Shown: in pieces, positions 16,649-25,961 of the stretch
How the letters are laid out: each line of letters opens with the position of its first letter
Position numbering within the stretch: position 1 is the first letter of the stretch
Assembly (NCBI GenBank): GCA_903936705.1
Contig: CAIZWN010000083.1
Coordinates: 30,346 to 94,345 of the forward strand
From: an uncultured Myxococcales bacterium
GTDB taxonomy: Bacteria > Myxococcota_A > UBA9042 > DTJE01
DNA length: 64,000 nt
Direction of reading: 5' to 3'
Translations under genes and position numbers: made by a program
Notes under the pieces: generated by a model
What the model was told of the DNA's origin: nothing
What the model saw: only the letters and a program-made list of their open reading frames with translations
Database searches by the model: none

Positions 16649-18627
16649 TGAAGCGATCCAGTCAGCCTTCCATGCCAGTTCGTGTCGACGGGACCTTTCA
16701 TTCCGGCCCACGCGGCTGCGGGTTCGTGACTCCCGACGGTGCCGTCGCCGATAGCGACGTTTACATTGGCGCCGGTGAGACCCTTGACTCGATGACGGGA
16801 GATCGGGTGGCCGTCCAGATCGTCGGTCGCGGGCATCGCGAAGGTGGCGTCGCGGGTCGCGTGGTTGAAATACTTGGTCGAGGCACCAGCCAGGTCGTCG
16901 GACGCCTGGAAAAACCGGATGGCCGTTGGGTGGTTATTCCCCAGGGCCGTGCGGCGGCCAGCCCTGTCCTGATCGACGATGTGAAGCCAGCGGATCAGGC
17001 TGGGGTCAAGGTCGTAGTCGAGATCGTCCGCTATCCGCAGGGCGACGAACCTGCTCATGGAGTGATCATCGAGAACCTTGGCGCCGCAGGGCCGGTGGAC
17101 GTTGAAACGCGGGCCATCATTCGGGAGTTCGGGCTGCCTGAGGCCTTCACCAGCGCCGTGCTTGAGGAGGCTCGTGCCCAGGTGGCGTCCTTCGATGGCG
17201 GACTTCAAGACCGCGAAGACTTCACTGGCCTGAACGTGTTCACCATCGATCCGGACGACGCCCGGGACTACGACGACGCAATCGGCATCCAGCCTGCCGG
17301 TGATGGCTGGACGCTGTCCGTACACATTGCCGACGTCGCCGCCTTTGTGCCGGCCGGGTCGGCCCTGGATCTTCAGGCTTCCCTGCGCGGGAACAGCGTC
17401 TACTTCCCGCGTCGCGTCATTCCAATGCTGCCGGAGGTTCTTTCGAACGGCGTATGTTCGCTGCAGGAAGGCCAGCCCAGGTGGGTCAAGAGCGTCTTCA
17501 TGGATTTCGATCGCGCGGGGGACATCCTTGGCGCGCGTTTCGCAAACGGCATCATCAAGTCAGCCCGTCGCCTGACCTACCGCCAGGCCCAGGCCGTGCT
17601 GGACGGAAATGGCGCAGGCCATCCGCATCAAGTCGTTACCGATCTGGTTGAAATGGAACGTCTGGCCCTGGCCATTCAGGCCCGCCGTCGGGTGCAGGGT
17701 ATGCTGCACCTGGACCTTCCCGAGGTGGACCTGGTCCTGTCCCCCGATGGCCGGGTGACCGATGCGACCCCGCCGGACGCCAGTTTCACGCACACGCTGA
17801 TCGAGATGTTCATGATCGAGGCGAACGAGGCCGTCGCCCGCCTGCTGTACTCGCTGAAGGTCCCGGCCATTCGCAGGATCCACCCTGAGGGTGCAACCGA
17901 CGCAGCTCGCAGCCTGTCGAGTTTTCTGGGTGTGCTGGGGATTCGCATGGGGCGCCGCGGCGGCCTTCATTCACTGCAGGACATCCTGGAAGCCGTGAAG
18001 GGGCGACCGCAGGCGTATGCGGTCAATCTTGCCGTGCTGAAGACCATGAAGCGGGCCGAGTACGGCGTTGCTGCCATCGGGCACTTTGCGCTGGCCAGCG
18101 AGCATTATTGCCACTTTACCAGCCCGATCCGTCGCTATCCGGATCTGACCATTCATCGTCTGCTGGACGCACACCTGCGCGGGCGGCTGGACCCGCGGGC
18201 CGTGGACCAGGCGACGCTGACTGAAGTTGCCGGGCACTGCACGATGACCGAGCGCCGTGCCGAGTCGGCCGAAAAGGATCTGAGGACCCTGCTGGTTCTG
18301 CAACTGTTTGCCGGGCGCCTTGGCCAGCAACTGGACGGCGTTATCACGGGAGTCATCGGGCCAGGCCTGTTCGTCCAGTCCACGCGCTACCTGGTGGAAG
18401 GGTTCCTGCGGCTTGACGAGCTTGGCCCAGACTGGACTTCGGATCCAGAGAGGTGTCTGGCGACAAGTTTCAGATCCGGCGACCGCCTGCGTCTGGGCGA
18501 CCCGGTGGCCGTGCGCATCCTGCGAGTGGATCTGGATCGGCGGCGTCTGGACCTGGCACTTGCGGCGCGGCCCAAGACGGCGTTTCACCCCAATGCATCT
18601 CGCAAAAAGCGTCGCAAGGGCCGGTGA
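16648..18627 (+). CDS. rnr: Ribonuclease R (RNB family exoribonuclease)
   Basis: The start overlaps the upstream stop (TGATG). RNB-domain motif HFALASEHYCHFTSPIRRYPDLTIHR and a C-terminal S1-like basic tail. Confidence 0.75.
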   Translation: MKRSSQPSMPVRVDGTFHSGPRGCGFVTPDGAVADSDVYIGAGETLDSMTGDRVAVQIVGRGHREGGVAGRVVEILGRGTSQVVGRLEKPDGRWVVIPQGRAAASPVLIDDVKPADQAGVKVVVEIVRYPQGDEPAHGVIIENLGAAGPVDVETRAIIREFGLPEAFTSAVLEEARAQVASFDGGLQDREDFTGLNVFTIDPDDARDYDDAIGIQPAGDGWTLSVHIADVAAFVPAGSALDLQASLRGNSVYFPRRVIPMLPEVLSNGVCSLQEGQPRWVKSVFMDFDRAGDILGARFANGIIKSARRLTYRQAQAVLDGNGAGHPHQVVTDLVEMERLALAIQARRRVQGMLHLDLPEVDLVLSPDGRVTDATPPDASFTHTLIEMFMIEANEAVARLLYSLKVPAIRRIHPEGATDAARSLSSFLGVLGIRMGRRGGLHSLQDILEAVKGRPQAYAVNLAVLKTMKRAEYGVAAIGHFALASEHYCHFTSPIRRYPDLTIHRLLDAHLRGRLDPRAVDQATLTEVAGHCTMTERRAESAEKDLRTLLVLQLFAGRLGQQLDGVITGVIGPGLFVQSTRYLVEGFLRLDELGPDWTSDPERCLATSFRSGDRLRLGDPVAVRILRVDLDRRRLDLALAARPKTAFHPNASRKKRRKGR

Positions 18628-18668
18628 CAAGACGTTCCGGCATCAGGACCGCATTCAGCCACCGGTAC

Positions 18669-19727
18669 TCAGGGATCCCTGGTGCTGACTGCTGCTCCGT
18701 ACCAGGTGTGGCTGGTGGTGACGTACGGCTGGAAGGTGGCGGCGCCTGACACGTCGCCGATGTAGATGGTTCCCGACGAATCGAACGCGTAGACCTTGTC
18801 GGCATACCCGGCCAGGCCGTAGATGTTTTCGCCAGGGATCGTGCCCAGTTCCTGCAGCGCCTTGCCGCTGACTGGCTCGACAGTCACCAGCAACGTCCCG
18901 CCGCCGCTGCCATTCACCGCGGCCCAGGTTCCATGGTCACGAATCGAGTATGCGTCTCCGGCAGAAGTGTACCCGCTGCCATAGTTCCCCTGATGCGTCA
19001 GGACCGCCTTGGCACCCACAACCTCGACCCTGTACCAGCCACCTGCGTTCGAGATCGCGATGATCGTCTCTTTGCCAGACTGGATGGTCCCTTCCGGCAC
19101 GATCGTCATGCCGTTGAACTGTTCGTTGAACGACGCCATGTTCAGGCACCTCGCGGTGTCCGCCATGCAATGGTACAGCCCGCCGAACGTCACGCCGTAC
19201 AGGTGGCCGTCGTAATCGATGGCCATGTCGGTCATGGTGTGGTCCAGGCCGTCGTTCGGGAATACAAAGTTCCCGATCTTTATCGGGGGATTCGTGCTTG
19301 CGTCCCAGACGAACAGTTCGCTGGAAGTATGTGCGTATATCGCCCGGGGAAGGGTCAGACCCGGCTCGGTGTGCGAGGTGTCGATGCCTGGATCTGCCAG
19401 TGCCGCGTCAGGCAACGGTTCGTCAGTCACGTCCGTCGCCGGATCAAGCGAGGCATCCACAAACGAGTCTAAGGATGGATCGTCGGCAGGGTCGCTTGTC
19501 GTGTCGCTTGCCGGGTCAGGCGCCGCCTGGTCGGACGCTGCGTGGTCGGCGCCTGCCGGAATATCTGCCCCGTCCTGGTGCTGCGCGTCAACCTCGGAAT
19601 GAACGATATCGAACACGACGCCATCCGTGTGCGCGAAGGCGTCCTGTTCAGCGGTTGCTCCACCACACCCGGCAGCAATAATCCAGGCCGTCATCAGAAC
19701 AATGCCCTTCAACCAGCGCACCAGCAT
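18669..19727 (-). CDS. Secreted lipoprotein with an Asp/Pro-rich linker and a beta-propeller-like domain
   Basis: Lipobox AAGC after the signal peptide MLVRWLKGIVLMTAWIIAAGCGG. Confidence 0.4.
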   Translation of the reverse strand: MLVRWLKGIVLMTAWIIAAGCGGATAEQDAFAHTDGVVFDIVHSEVDAQHQDGADIPAGADHAASDQAAPDPASDTTSDPADDPSLDSFVDASLDPATDVTDEPLPDAALADPGIDTSHTEPGLTLPRAIYAHTSSELFVWDASTNPPIKIGNFVFPNDGLDHTMTDMAIDYDGHLYGVTFGGLYHCMADTARCLNMASFNEQFNGMTIVPEGTIQSGKETIIAISNAGGWYRVEVVGAKAVLTHQGNYGSGYTSAGDAYSIRDHGTWAAVNGSGGGTLLVTVEPVSGKALQELGTIPGENIYGLAGYADKVYAFDSSGTIYIGDVSGAATFQPYVTTSHTWYGAAVSTRDP

Positions 19728-19834
19728 GTCTTTTCTCCCGGGGACATTCACGCGAAAAAAAGATACCACGATTGCAGCGCGGTGTACGATTCGTCCGTCC
19801 GATTCAACCTGGTTAGGAAAAACCCGGAGGGTCC

Positions 19835-20749
19835 ATGCGAGACGTCAGCAGGAAGCCGACGACACTGAGGATGGCGACGGCCACCTCGTCGGTGACAATG
19901 TCGCCCGCCACCGCGGCGATGGTTCAGGCAGGCGAGGGGCCCAAGGGGGACCCTCTGCCAGTGGCACGGGTCGCGGCCGTGATGGCAGCCAAGGACACCA
20001 GCCGTATCGTGCCGTACTGCCATCCGGTTCGCATCGACCACGTGGACGTTCAGTTCGACGTGACGCAGGACCGGGTTGACATCACTTGTCGAGTGACCGC
20101 CGTGGATCGGACCGGCGTCGAGATGGAGGCGCTGTGCGGGGCCATGGTGGCTGCCCTCACGATCTACGACATGCTGAAGCCTGTTGACGAAGGGCTGGTT
20201 ATCGGCCAGACGTGCCTGAAGAAGAAAAAGGGGGGCAAGTCCGACTTTCACGAGGAGTTTGATCGGCCCCTGCGCGGGGCGATCCTCGTGGTGTCAGATT
20301 CGGTCGCGGGCGGGACGCGCAAGGACGGATCGGGCCAGTCCATCGGCCAGCGCATGGTCGAGGCTGGGGTCCTGGTGGGAGATCCAATCGTGCTGCCCGA
20401 CGATCCTGATCTTGTTGAAGCCCAGTTGCGGCGGCTGGTTGCGGACAAAGTGGATCTGGTTTTTACGACGGGTGGCACCGGCCTGGGTCCCAGGGACCTG
20501 ACCGTCGAGGCGGTCCGTCGGGTAATCGATCGCGAGGTGCCCGGTATCACCGAAGCAATGCGCGTCCACGGCTATCTGCGGACCCCGCGTGCCGTGCTGT
20601 CCCGCGGCCTGGCGGGTGTCGCAGGGACGACACTGATCGTGACGCTGCCAGGGTCCACTAAGGGCGTGCAGGAATCGCTTGACGCCCTGTGGCCAGCTCT
20701 GTTGCACATCTTCCCAATGATCTGGGGCGGTGGTCACCAGCCTATTTGA
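19835..20749 (+). CDS. moaC: MoaC-MoaB/MogA fusion (cyclic pyranopterin monophosphate synthase plus molybdopterin adenylyltransferase)
   Basis: N-terminal half is MoaC-like and the C-terminal half MogA/MoaB-like (VDLVFTTGGTGLGPRD). Confidence 0.65.
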   Translation: MRDVSRKPTTLRMATATSSVTMSPATAAMVQAGEGPKGDPLPVARVAAVMAAKDTSRIVPYCHPVRIDHVDVQFDVTQDRVDITCRVTAVDRTGVEMEALCGAMVAALTIYDMLKPVDEGLVIGQTCLKKKKGGKSDFHEEFDRPLRGAILVVSDSVAGGTRKDGSGQSIGQRMVEAGVLVGDPIVLPDDPDLVEAQLRRLVADKVDLVFTTGGTGLGPRDLTVEAVRRVIDREVPGITEAMRVHGYLRTPRAVLSRGLAGVAGTTLIVTLPGSTKGVQESLDALWPALLHIFPMIWGGGHQPI

Positions 20750-20764
20750 ATCCACATTGAGGCG

Positions 20765-20805
20765 TTGACAGGATTCTTCGCCTGCGCTATTCCCTAGCGG
20801 GAATA
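20765..20805 (+). promoter_or_regulatory. Putative sigma70 promoter (TTGACA, 17-nt spacer, TATTCC) overlapping the 18-bp palindrome TATTCCCTAGCGGGAATA upstream of the ModE-like regulator gene
   Basis: Perfect 7-bp inverted arms with a 4-nt spacer at 20788-20805, and a consensus -35 at 20765-20770. Confidence 0.4.
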
Positions 20806-20826
20806 ACGGACGCGGCAGGCGCAACC

Positions 20827-21246
20827 ATGGCTTATCACCGGAATCGAAAGCACGTTGATGGGGATGGTTGGGCTTCATGCGCTGCCTCGGGGCTTCGCCT
20901 GGCTGGACGTTTGTGGATCGAGTGCGATGGCCAGACTCTGCTGTCCTGGAAGCGTATCGATCTGCTGGAGTGCGTTCGCGACAGCGGATCCATTTCGCTG
21001 GCGGCGCGGTCCATGGGAATTGCCTACCGGCATGCATGGGAACTGCTGGAGGACATGAACCAGCACAGCAGGCAACCGCTGGTCGAGCGGGTCGTCGGTG
21101 GCAAGGGCGGGGGTGGAACCAGGCTGACGGCGGCGGGCCATGAAGCGATTCGTCGATTCCACGCCGTGGTTCAGCAGTTCAATGTGTTTCTGGAAGCCGA
21201 GTGTTCGGAGTTCTTGGATCTTTTCGGCAAGAGGCCGGAAGTATAG
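20827..21246 (+). CDS. ModE N-terminal-domain-like winged-helix regulator (no Mop domains)
   Basis: LSWKRIDLLECVRDSGSISLAARSMGIAYRHAWELLEDMN...GGKGGGGTRLTAAGHEAIRRFHAV matches the ModE DNA-binding domain. Confidence 0.55.
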   Translation: MAYHRNRKHVDGDGWASCAASGLRLAGRLWIECDGQTLLSWKRIDLLECVRDSGSISLAARSMGIAYRHAWELLEDMNQHSRQPLVERVVGGKGGGGTRLTAAGHEAIRRFHAVVQQFNVFLEAECSEFLDLFGKRPEV

Positions 21247-21259
21247 GAGGTTACTTGTG

Positions 21260-22483
21260 ATGCGCAGTAGCAAAGGGATACATGCAGTTCGGTTGGTTTT
21301 GCTGGCTGGCCTGGTTGGTGCGACGTGGGGTTGCGCGGCGGATGATGGCGGGGAGATGTTGACTTCGTCGCGTGCATACAAAGGTCACGAGAATGACCAG
21401 GACATGACCTTCTTCGTAAACGTGTACGGGAAGACTCAAGGCACGCGTCTTGACGACTGCCAGACCTGCCACGGCGGACGCGAGTTTACGTACACGTCGC
21501 AGGGCCAGACGAAAACCCTGTTCAAGAACGCTTGCGACCATTGCCACCTGATCATTCACCCCGACACGACGTTGAACGAGCCGGGGCCGACCACGTACGC
21601 CGATACGTTGAACCCATACGGCGCAGCCTACCTTGCCGCAGGCCAGTCGCGGGCCGCTCTGCAGTCAATCGAGGCCGCCGACAGCGACGGCGATGGCGCT
21701 TCCAACAAGGTCGAAATCGAGGCGCTGCGGTATCCGGGCGATGCCGGCAGCAAGCCGGGCCAGCCCTCGGCACCTTCCCGAACCTTCACCCTGGCCGACT
21801 TGAAGGCCATGCCTGCCCACACCGAATTCCTGCTGGCTAACTCCAACAAGCAGCAGTACGACACGTATGCCAGCTATGGCGGAGTAAAGCTGGCCGACCT
21901 GCTGGTTGCGGCCGGGGTGGACCTGACAGACCCAGTTTTCGAGGGCGTCACGGTCCTTGCTCCCGACGGCTTCATGATCGACCTGAATGCCGACGAGGTT
22001 AAGACCGTCTACCCGGCCCAGGTCTTTTACGCCGGTTTGGCCCCTGCCACCCTTGGCACCGAGTGCGGTTTTGTAGAGTACCCGGACACGCTGCCAACGG
22101 GCCTTGTCGATGGGGCTGCCATTGCGGGCGACGCCTGGCTGCTGCTGGCCTACCTGCGAGAAGGGTTGCCCATGGACGTGTCAATCCTTGACCCGGTGCT
22201 GGGCAAGATCAACGGCGAAGGCCCGCTGCGCCTGGTCGTGCCGCAGTCGACGCCCGGCAAGCCCGACAGAGGTTCGAAGTTCTCGCCGACCGACTGCAAC
22301 GACGGCAACGACTACGATGCCGCCAAGGACCATAACGCCGGCGACATGGTCCGCGGCGTCGTGGCGATCCGGGTGAATCCGCTGCCCGCCGGTGTCGAGG
22401 ACTTCGACTACCGCTATGGCGGATGGGCGTTCATCGACTCCCAGAGTGTGATGGTCTACGGCCACGGAGTCACTGCTCGATGA
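21260..22483 (+). CDS. Secreted dihaem cytochrome c fused to a sulfite-oxidase-like molybdopterin-binding domain
   Basis: Signal peptide, two CxxCH motifs (CQTCH, CDHCH), and a C-terminal region resembling the oxidoreductase Mo-binding fold. Confidence 0.45.
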   Translation: MRSSKGIHAVRLVLLAGLVGATWGCAADDGGEMLTSSRAYKGHENDQDMTFFVNVYGKTQGTRLDDCQTCHGGREFTYTSQGQTKTLFKNACDHCHLIIHPDTTLNEPGPTTYADTLNPYGAAYLAAGQSRAALQSIEAADSDGDGASNKVEIEALRYPGDAGSKPGQPSAPSRTFTLADLKAMPAHTEFLLANSNKQQYDTYASYGGVKLADLLVAAGVDLTDPVFEGVTVLAPDGFMIDLNADEVKTVYPAQVFYAGLAPATLGTECGFVEYPDTLPTGLVDGAAIAGDAWLLLAYLREGLPMDVSILDPVLGKINGEGPLRLVVPQSTPGKPDRGSKFSPTDCNDGNDYDAAKDHNAGDMVRGVVAIRVNPLPAGVEDFDYRYGGWAFIDSQSVMVYGHGVTAR

Positions 22484-23673
22484 AGTTCGTCCTTCGAATT
22501 GCCCCCCTGTTCGTACTGCTGGGATCCTGGCCCGCGTGGGCCGTCGAGGTCACGCCTGGCGTTGACGTGACGGCCTACGCGGGTGTCAGGATCACCCTGT
22601 ACGAGCAGATGGAGGAGGTGTCCGGCCTGGTGCAGCAGCCCCAGGGTGACAAGTCCGAAGGGTCGGCCACCGGCTTTGCGATCGACCAGGCGCGCATCCG
22701 TCTGGCAGGAAGCTTCCTGAAGGACAAGCTGGGCCTGGTCCTTGAACTGCGGCTCGAGAAGGGGCCTGCGTTGCTGGACGCGTACGGGGAGTGGCGTTTC
22801 GGCAAGTGGCTGGCCGTGCGTCTGGGCCAGTTCCGGATCCCCAGCGGCTGGGAAAACCTGGTTGGCGATCGCGACCTCGATTTTTCGTCGAGGCCCCAGA
22901 TCCAGCAGGCACTGGCAGATTACGCGCTGTCCAGGACCACTTACGCCTCGTCCCTGTTCTACGGGAACCGTTCCTGGCGGCGCGACGTGGGCCTGGGCCT
23001 GTGCGGCGACATCGACATCAAGATCGGGACCCTGCGCTATCTGGCCATGGTCAGCAACGGCCTTGGCGCCAACCTATTCATCGGCGGCGCGACCGAGCGC
23101 GAGTACCTGGTGTCGAACAAGGCCCAGTTCTTCTACGGCTTGCGAGTCGACCTTCTGGACCTTTTCGGGGTGGCCAGGGTAGGCGCCCACGTCAGCTATA
23201 ACCGCCATGATAACGTGGTCTTCAACAGCGGGCGGACCGTGCTGGACCTGAACCGGTTGACGTGGTCGGTCGATGCGGGATTCGAGATTCCCAAGACAGG
23301 ACTGCGGGCGCACGGGATGGTTGGACAGGGCTTCATCAACGACGACTACGATGCGAACAGCAAGCGTGACTACAAATTCTTCGGCGGTGAGGTGCGCTTG
23401 ATCTGGCGCCTGGACCCGTTGATCCGGCTTCTGGCAGGTACCTGGGACGATAGCCAGCACCTGGAACTGGGGGTGCGTTACGATCGATACGATACCGTGG
23501 CGGACGAATCAGCGTTTACCATACGGAGCCATGTGGTGACGACCGGCATCCAGTGGATCTACGATCGGTATCTGAGGGTCCACCTGGACTACGTTGTCAG
23601 GCGCACGCAGGATCCTACCCAGAAAGATCTGGATGACGATGCGGTGTTGCTCAGCACAATCATCGGCTGGTAG
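22480..23673 (+). CDS. Outer-membrane porin (porin O/P-like beta-barrel)
   Basis: Signal peptide, alternating amphipathic strands, aromatic C-terminal residue (W). Confidence 0.45.
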   Translation: MKFVLRIAPLFVLLGSWPAWAVEVTPGVDVTAYAGVRITLYEQMEEVSGLVQQPQGDKSEGSATGFAIDQARIRLAGSFLKDKLGLVLELRLEKGPALLDAYGEWRFGKWLAVRLGQFRIPSGWENLVGDRDLDFSSRPQIQQALADYALSRTTYASSLFYGNRSWRRDVGLGLCGDIDIKIGTLRYLAMVSNGLGANLFIGGATEREYLVSNKAQFFYGLRVDLLDLFGVARVGAHVSYNRHDNVVFNSGRTVLDLNRLTWSVDAGFEIPKTGLRAHGMVGQGFINDDYDANSKRDYKFFGGEVRLIWRLDPLIRLLAGTWDDSQHLELGVRYDRYDTVADESAFTIRSHVVTTGIQWIYDRYLRVHLDYVVRRTQDPTQKDLDDDAVLLSTIIGW

Positions 23674-23677
23674 AAGA

Positions 23678-24550
23678 GTGAAGCACTTGAGAAAACCATG
23701 GGTCCCAGTTTTCCTGTTAGCCAGTGTCCTGGTCGCTGCGGGGTGTGGGCGCGGCGGCGGTTCCACGGACCAGCAGCCGCGCACGATGCGCCTGGCAACG
23801 ACCACGTCGGTCGAACAGACCGGGCTTCTGGGCGACCTGCTGCCAGCGTTCGAGAAGGCAACCGGCATCTCGGTCAAGGTACTGGCGGTGGGCACCGGGC
23901 AGGCGCTGAAGCTGGCCGAGAACGGCGACGTGGATGCGGTGCTGGTGCACGACCCCGAGTCCGAGGAGGCGTTTGTGGCAGCCGGTTTCGGCCTGGCCCG
24001 CCGGCCATTGATGCACAACGATTTCATTCTGGTGGGTCCGCCAGACGACCCGATCGGGTTGCGGGGCAGTCGTGATGCCGTCCAGGCGCTGCAAGCCATC
24101 GCCACGAGAGCGATGCCGTTTGTTTCGCGCGGCGATGAATCAGGCACGCATCGGGCCGAGAAGCGTCTGTGGAAAGCGGCAGGCCTGACGCCTGCCGGTC
24201 CATGGTACATCGAAGCCGGGCAGGGCCAATTGCAGACGCTGGTGATCGCTTCCGAACGCAAGGCAACGACGTTGACCGATAGATCGACCTTTCAGACCGC
24301 GCGTGGCAAGCTGGCGCTGGACGTGCTGGTCGAGGGCGATTCGCGACTGGTGAACCGGTACAGCGGAATCGCCGTCAACCCATATCGCCATCCTGCTGCA
24401 CACGTGGTCGAGGCGGCGGTTCTGCTGGATTGGCTGGTCTCGCCCGAGGGGCAGCGGCGCATCGGGGAATTCGCGAAGAACGGCCAGAGGTTGTTCGTTC
24501 CAGATGCCATTCCTTCGTCAGAGCCTTCTGCCACGCCGGGAGTTCCATGA
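23678..24550 (+). CDS. tupA: Tungstate ABC transporter substrate-binding lipoprotein TupA
   Basis: GTG start, lipobox VAAGC, and the TupA-type TTTS motif (RLATTTSVEQTG). Confidence 0.6.
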   Translation: MKHLRKPWVPVFLLASVLVAAGCGRGGGSTDQQPRTMRLATTTSVEQTGLLGDLLPAFEKATGISVKVLAVGTGQALKLAENGDVDAVLVHDPESEEAFVAAGFGLARRPLMHNDFILVGPPDDPIGLRGSRDAVQALQAIATRAMPFVSRGDESGTHRAEKRLWKAAGLTPAGPWYIEAGQGQLQTLVIASERKATTLTDRSTFQTARGKLALDVLVEGDSRLVNRYSGIAVNPYRHPAAHVVEAAVLLDWLVSPEGQRRIGEFAKNGQRLFVPDAIPSSEPSATPGVP

Positions 24551-25242
24551 TCGTCGAAGCGCTTCAGCAGGCTGTGATTCGCCTGGTCACTCTTGACCCT
24601 GAGGTTTGGGACGCGGCACGTGTATCGCTGTCGGTATCGGGCGTGGCCACGATTGTGGCGATCCTTCTGGGGCTTCCCCTGGGAGCGACCGTGGCCCTTT
24701 CGCGGTTCCGCGGCAAGCGCGCCCTGGTAACGGTCTTGAACGCCATGATGGCCCTGCCGACGGTCGTGGTTGGCCTGGTGATCTACGGGCTTCTAAGCCG
24801 CAGCGGCCCGCTGGGCGGGGCGGAACTGTTGTACACGCGCGGTGCGATGGTCATCGGGCAGACGGTTCTTGCCCTTCCGATCGTCGCGGCGCTGGCCATT
24901 GCCGCATTGCAGCAGGCGGATCCACGCCTGCGGCCAACCGCCTGGTCACTGGGCGCCACGCCATGGCAGGCTCGTTGGACCGTGGTCCGGGAATGTCGCG
25001 GGGGATTGGTGGCTGCAGGTGCGGCTGCATTCGGGCGCGTCTTTGCCGAGGTCGGCGTCTCGATGATGCTGGGTGGCAACCTGCGTTTCGAAACGCGCAA
25101 TCTGGCGACAGGGGTCGCCTTCGAAACCGGCAAGGGCGAGTTCGCGGTTGGACTTGCCTTGGGGATGGTGCTGCTGGCTGTCGCCCTGGGGGTGAATGCC
25201 CTGGTGGCTGTCCTCCAGCCGGCCAGAAGGGTGCATGGATGA
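24547..25242 (+). CDS. tupB: Tungstate ABC transporter permease TupB
   Basis: About 5 TM segments with an ABC permease EAA-like loop. Overlaps tupA by 4 nt. Confidence 0.6.
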   Translation: MIVEALQQAVIRLVTLDPEVWDAARVSLSVSGVATIVAILLGLPLGATVALSRFRGKRALVTVLNAMMALPTVVVGLVIYGLLSRSGPLGGAELLYTRGAMVIGQTVLALPIVAALAIAALQQADPRLRPTAWSLGATPWQARWTVVRECRGGLVAAGAAAFGRVFAEVGVSMMLGGNLRFETRNLATGVAFETGKGEFAVGLALGMVLLAVALGVNALVAVLQPARRVHG

Positions 25243-25937
25243 TCGACGCCCTGCTGCACCTGGACGGCGTCAGTGTCACCCACGGCACGTGCCGGTTGCT
25301 GGACGTGCCGTCCCTCACGATCGATGCCGGCCAGCGCGTGGGCGTTACCGGGCCCATCGGCGCCGGCAAGACCACGTTGCTGCGGGCCGCAGCGGGGCTG
25401 GTCGATCTTTCGTCCGGTGTTGTCACGATGTCGGGCAGGCATTTCCATTCGGGGCGCGCACCAGGTGCCCTGGAGATGCGTCGCCGGATGGCCTTCGTCC
25501 AGCAGGAACCCTGCCTGTTCGCAACCTCGGTGGAAGAAAACATCCTTGCGGGGCTTTCCTATCGTGGTGTGAAAAATGCGGAAGGTCGGAAGCGTTGCGC
25601 CGCCTGGCTTGATCGCCTGGGACTTGGCGGCCTGGCGCGGCGGGATGCTGCCCATCTGTCAGGTGGAGAAAGGCGCCTGGTGGCGCTGGCCCGAGCGCTG
25701 GTGCTGGAACCGGTGCTGCTGTTCCTGGACGAGCCCACGGCCCACCTCGACCAGGCCGCTGCCGCAAGGGTTGAATCCCTGCTGCGCGAGGCGCTGCCTG
25801 GTTCGACTACGCTTGTTCTTGCAACCCACGACATGGCGCAGGCAGAAAGACTGTCCTCCCGCGTCCTGCAGATGGAGTCCGGAAAAATACATAACGCAGC
25901 GCCCCTTCCCGCAGCCCCCTACCATCCACATAATTGA
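25239..25937 (+). CDS. tupC: Tungstate ABC transporter ATP-binding protein TupC
   Basis: Walker A GPIGAGKTT, signature LSGGERRLVALARAL, Walker B LLFLDEPT. Confidence 0.65.
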   Translation: MIDALLHLDGVSVTHGTCRLLDVPSLTIDAGQRVGVTGPIGAGKTTLLRAAAGLVDLSSGVVTMSGRHFHSGRAPGALEMRRRMAFVQQEPCLFATSVEENILAGLSYRGVKNAEGRKRCAAWLDRLGLGGLARRDAAHLSGGERRLVALARALVLEPVLLFLDEPTAHLDQAAAARVESLLREALPGSTTLVLATHDMAQAERLSSRVLQMESGKIHNAAPLPAAPYHPHN

Positions 25938-25961
25938 ACACGGCTTCGTGCGGGAGACCTC

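Noticed and set aside
18620-18670. GCCGGTG ... CACCGGT inverted repeat between rnr and the convergent lipoprotein gene
   Set aside because: The loop is about 30 nt. This is unlikely to form a stable terminator hairpin.
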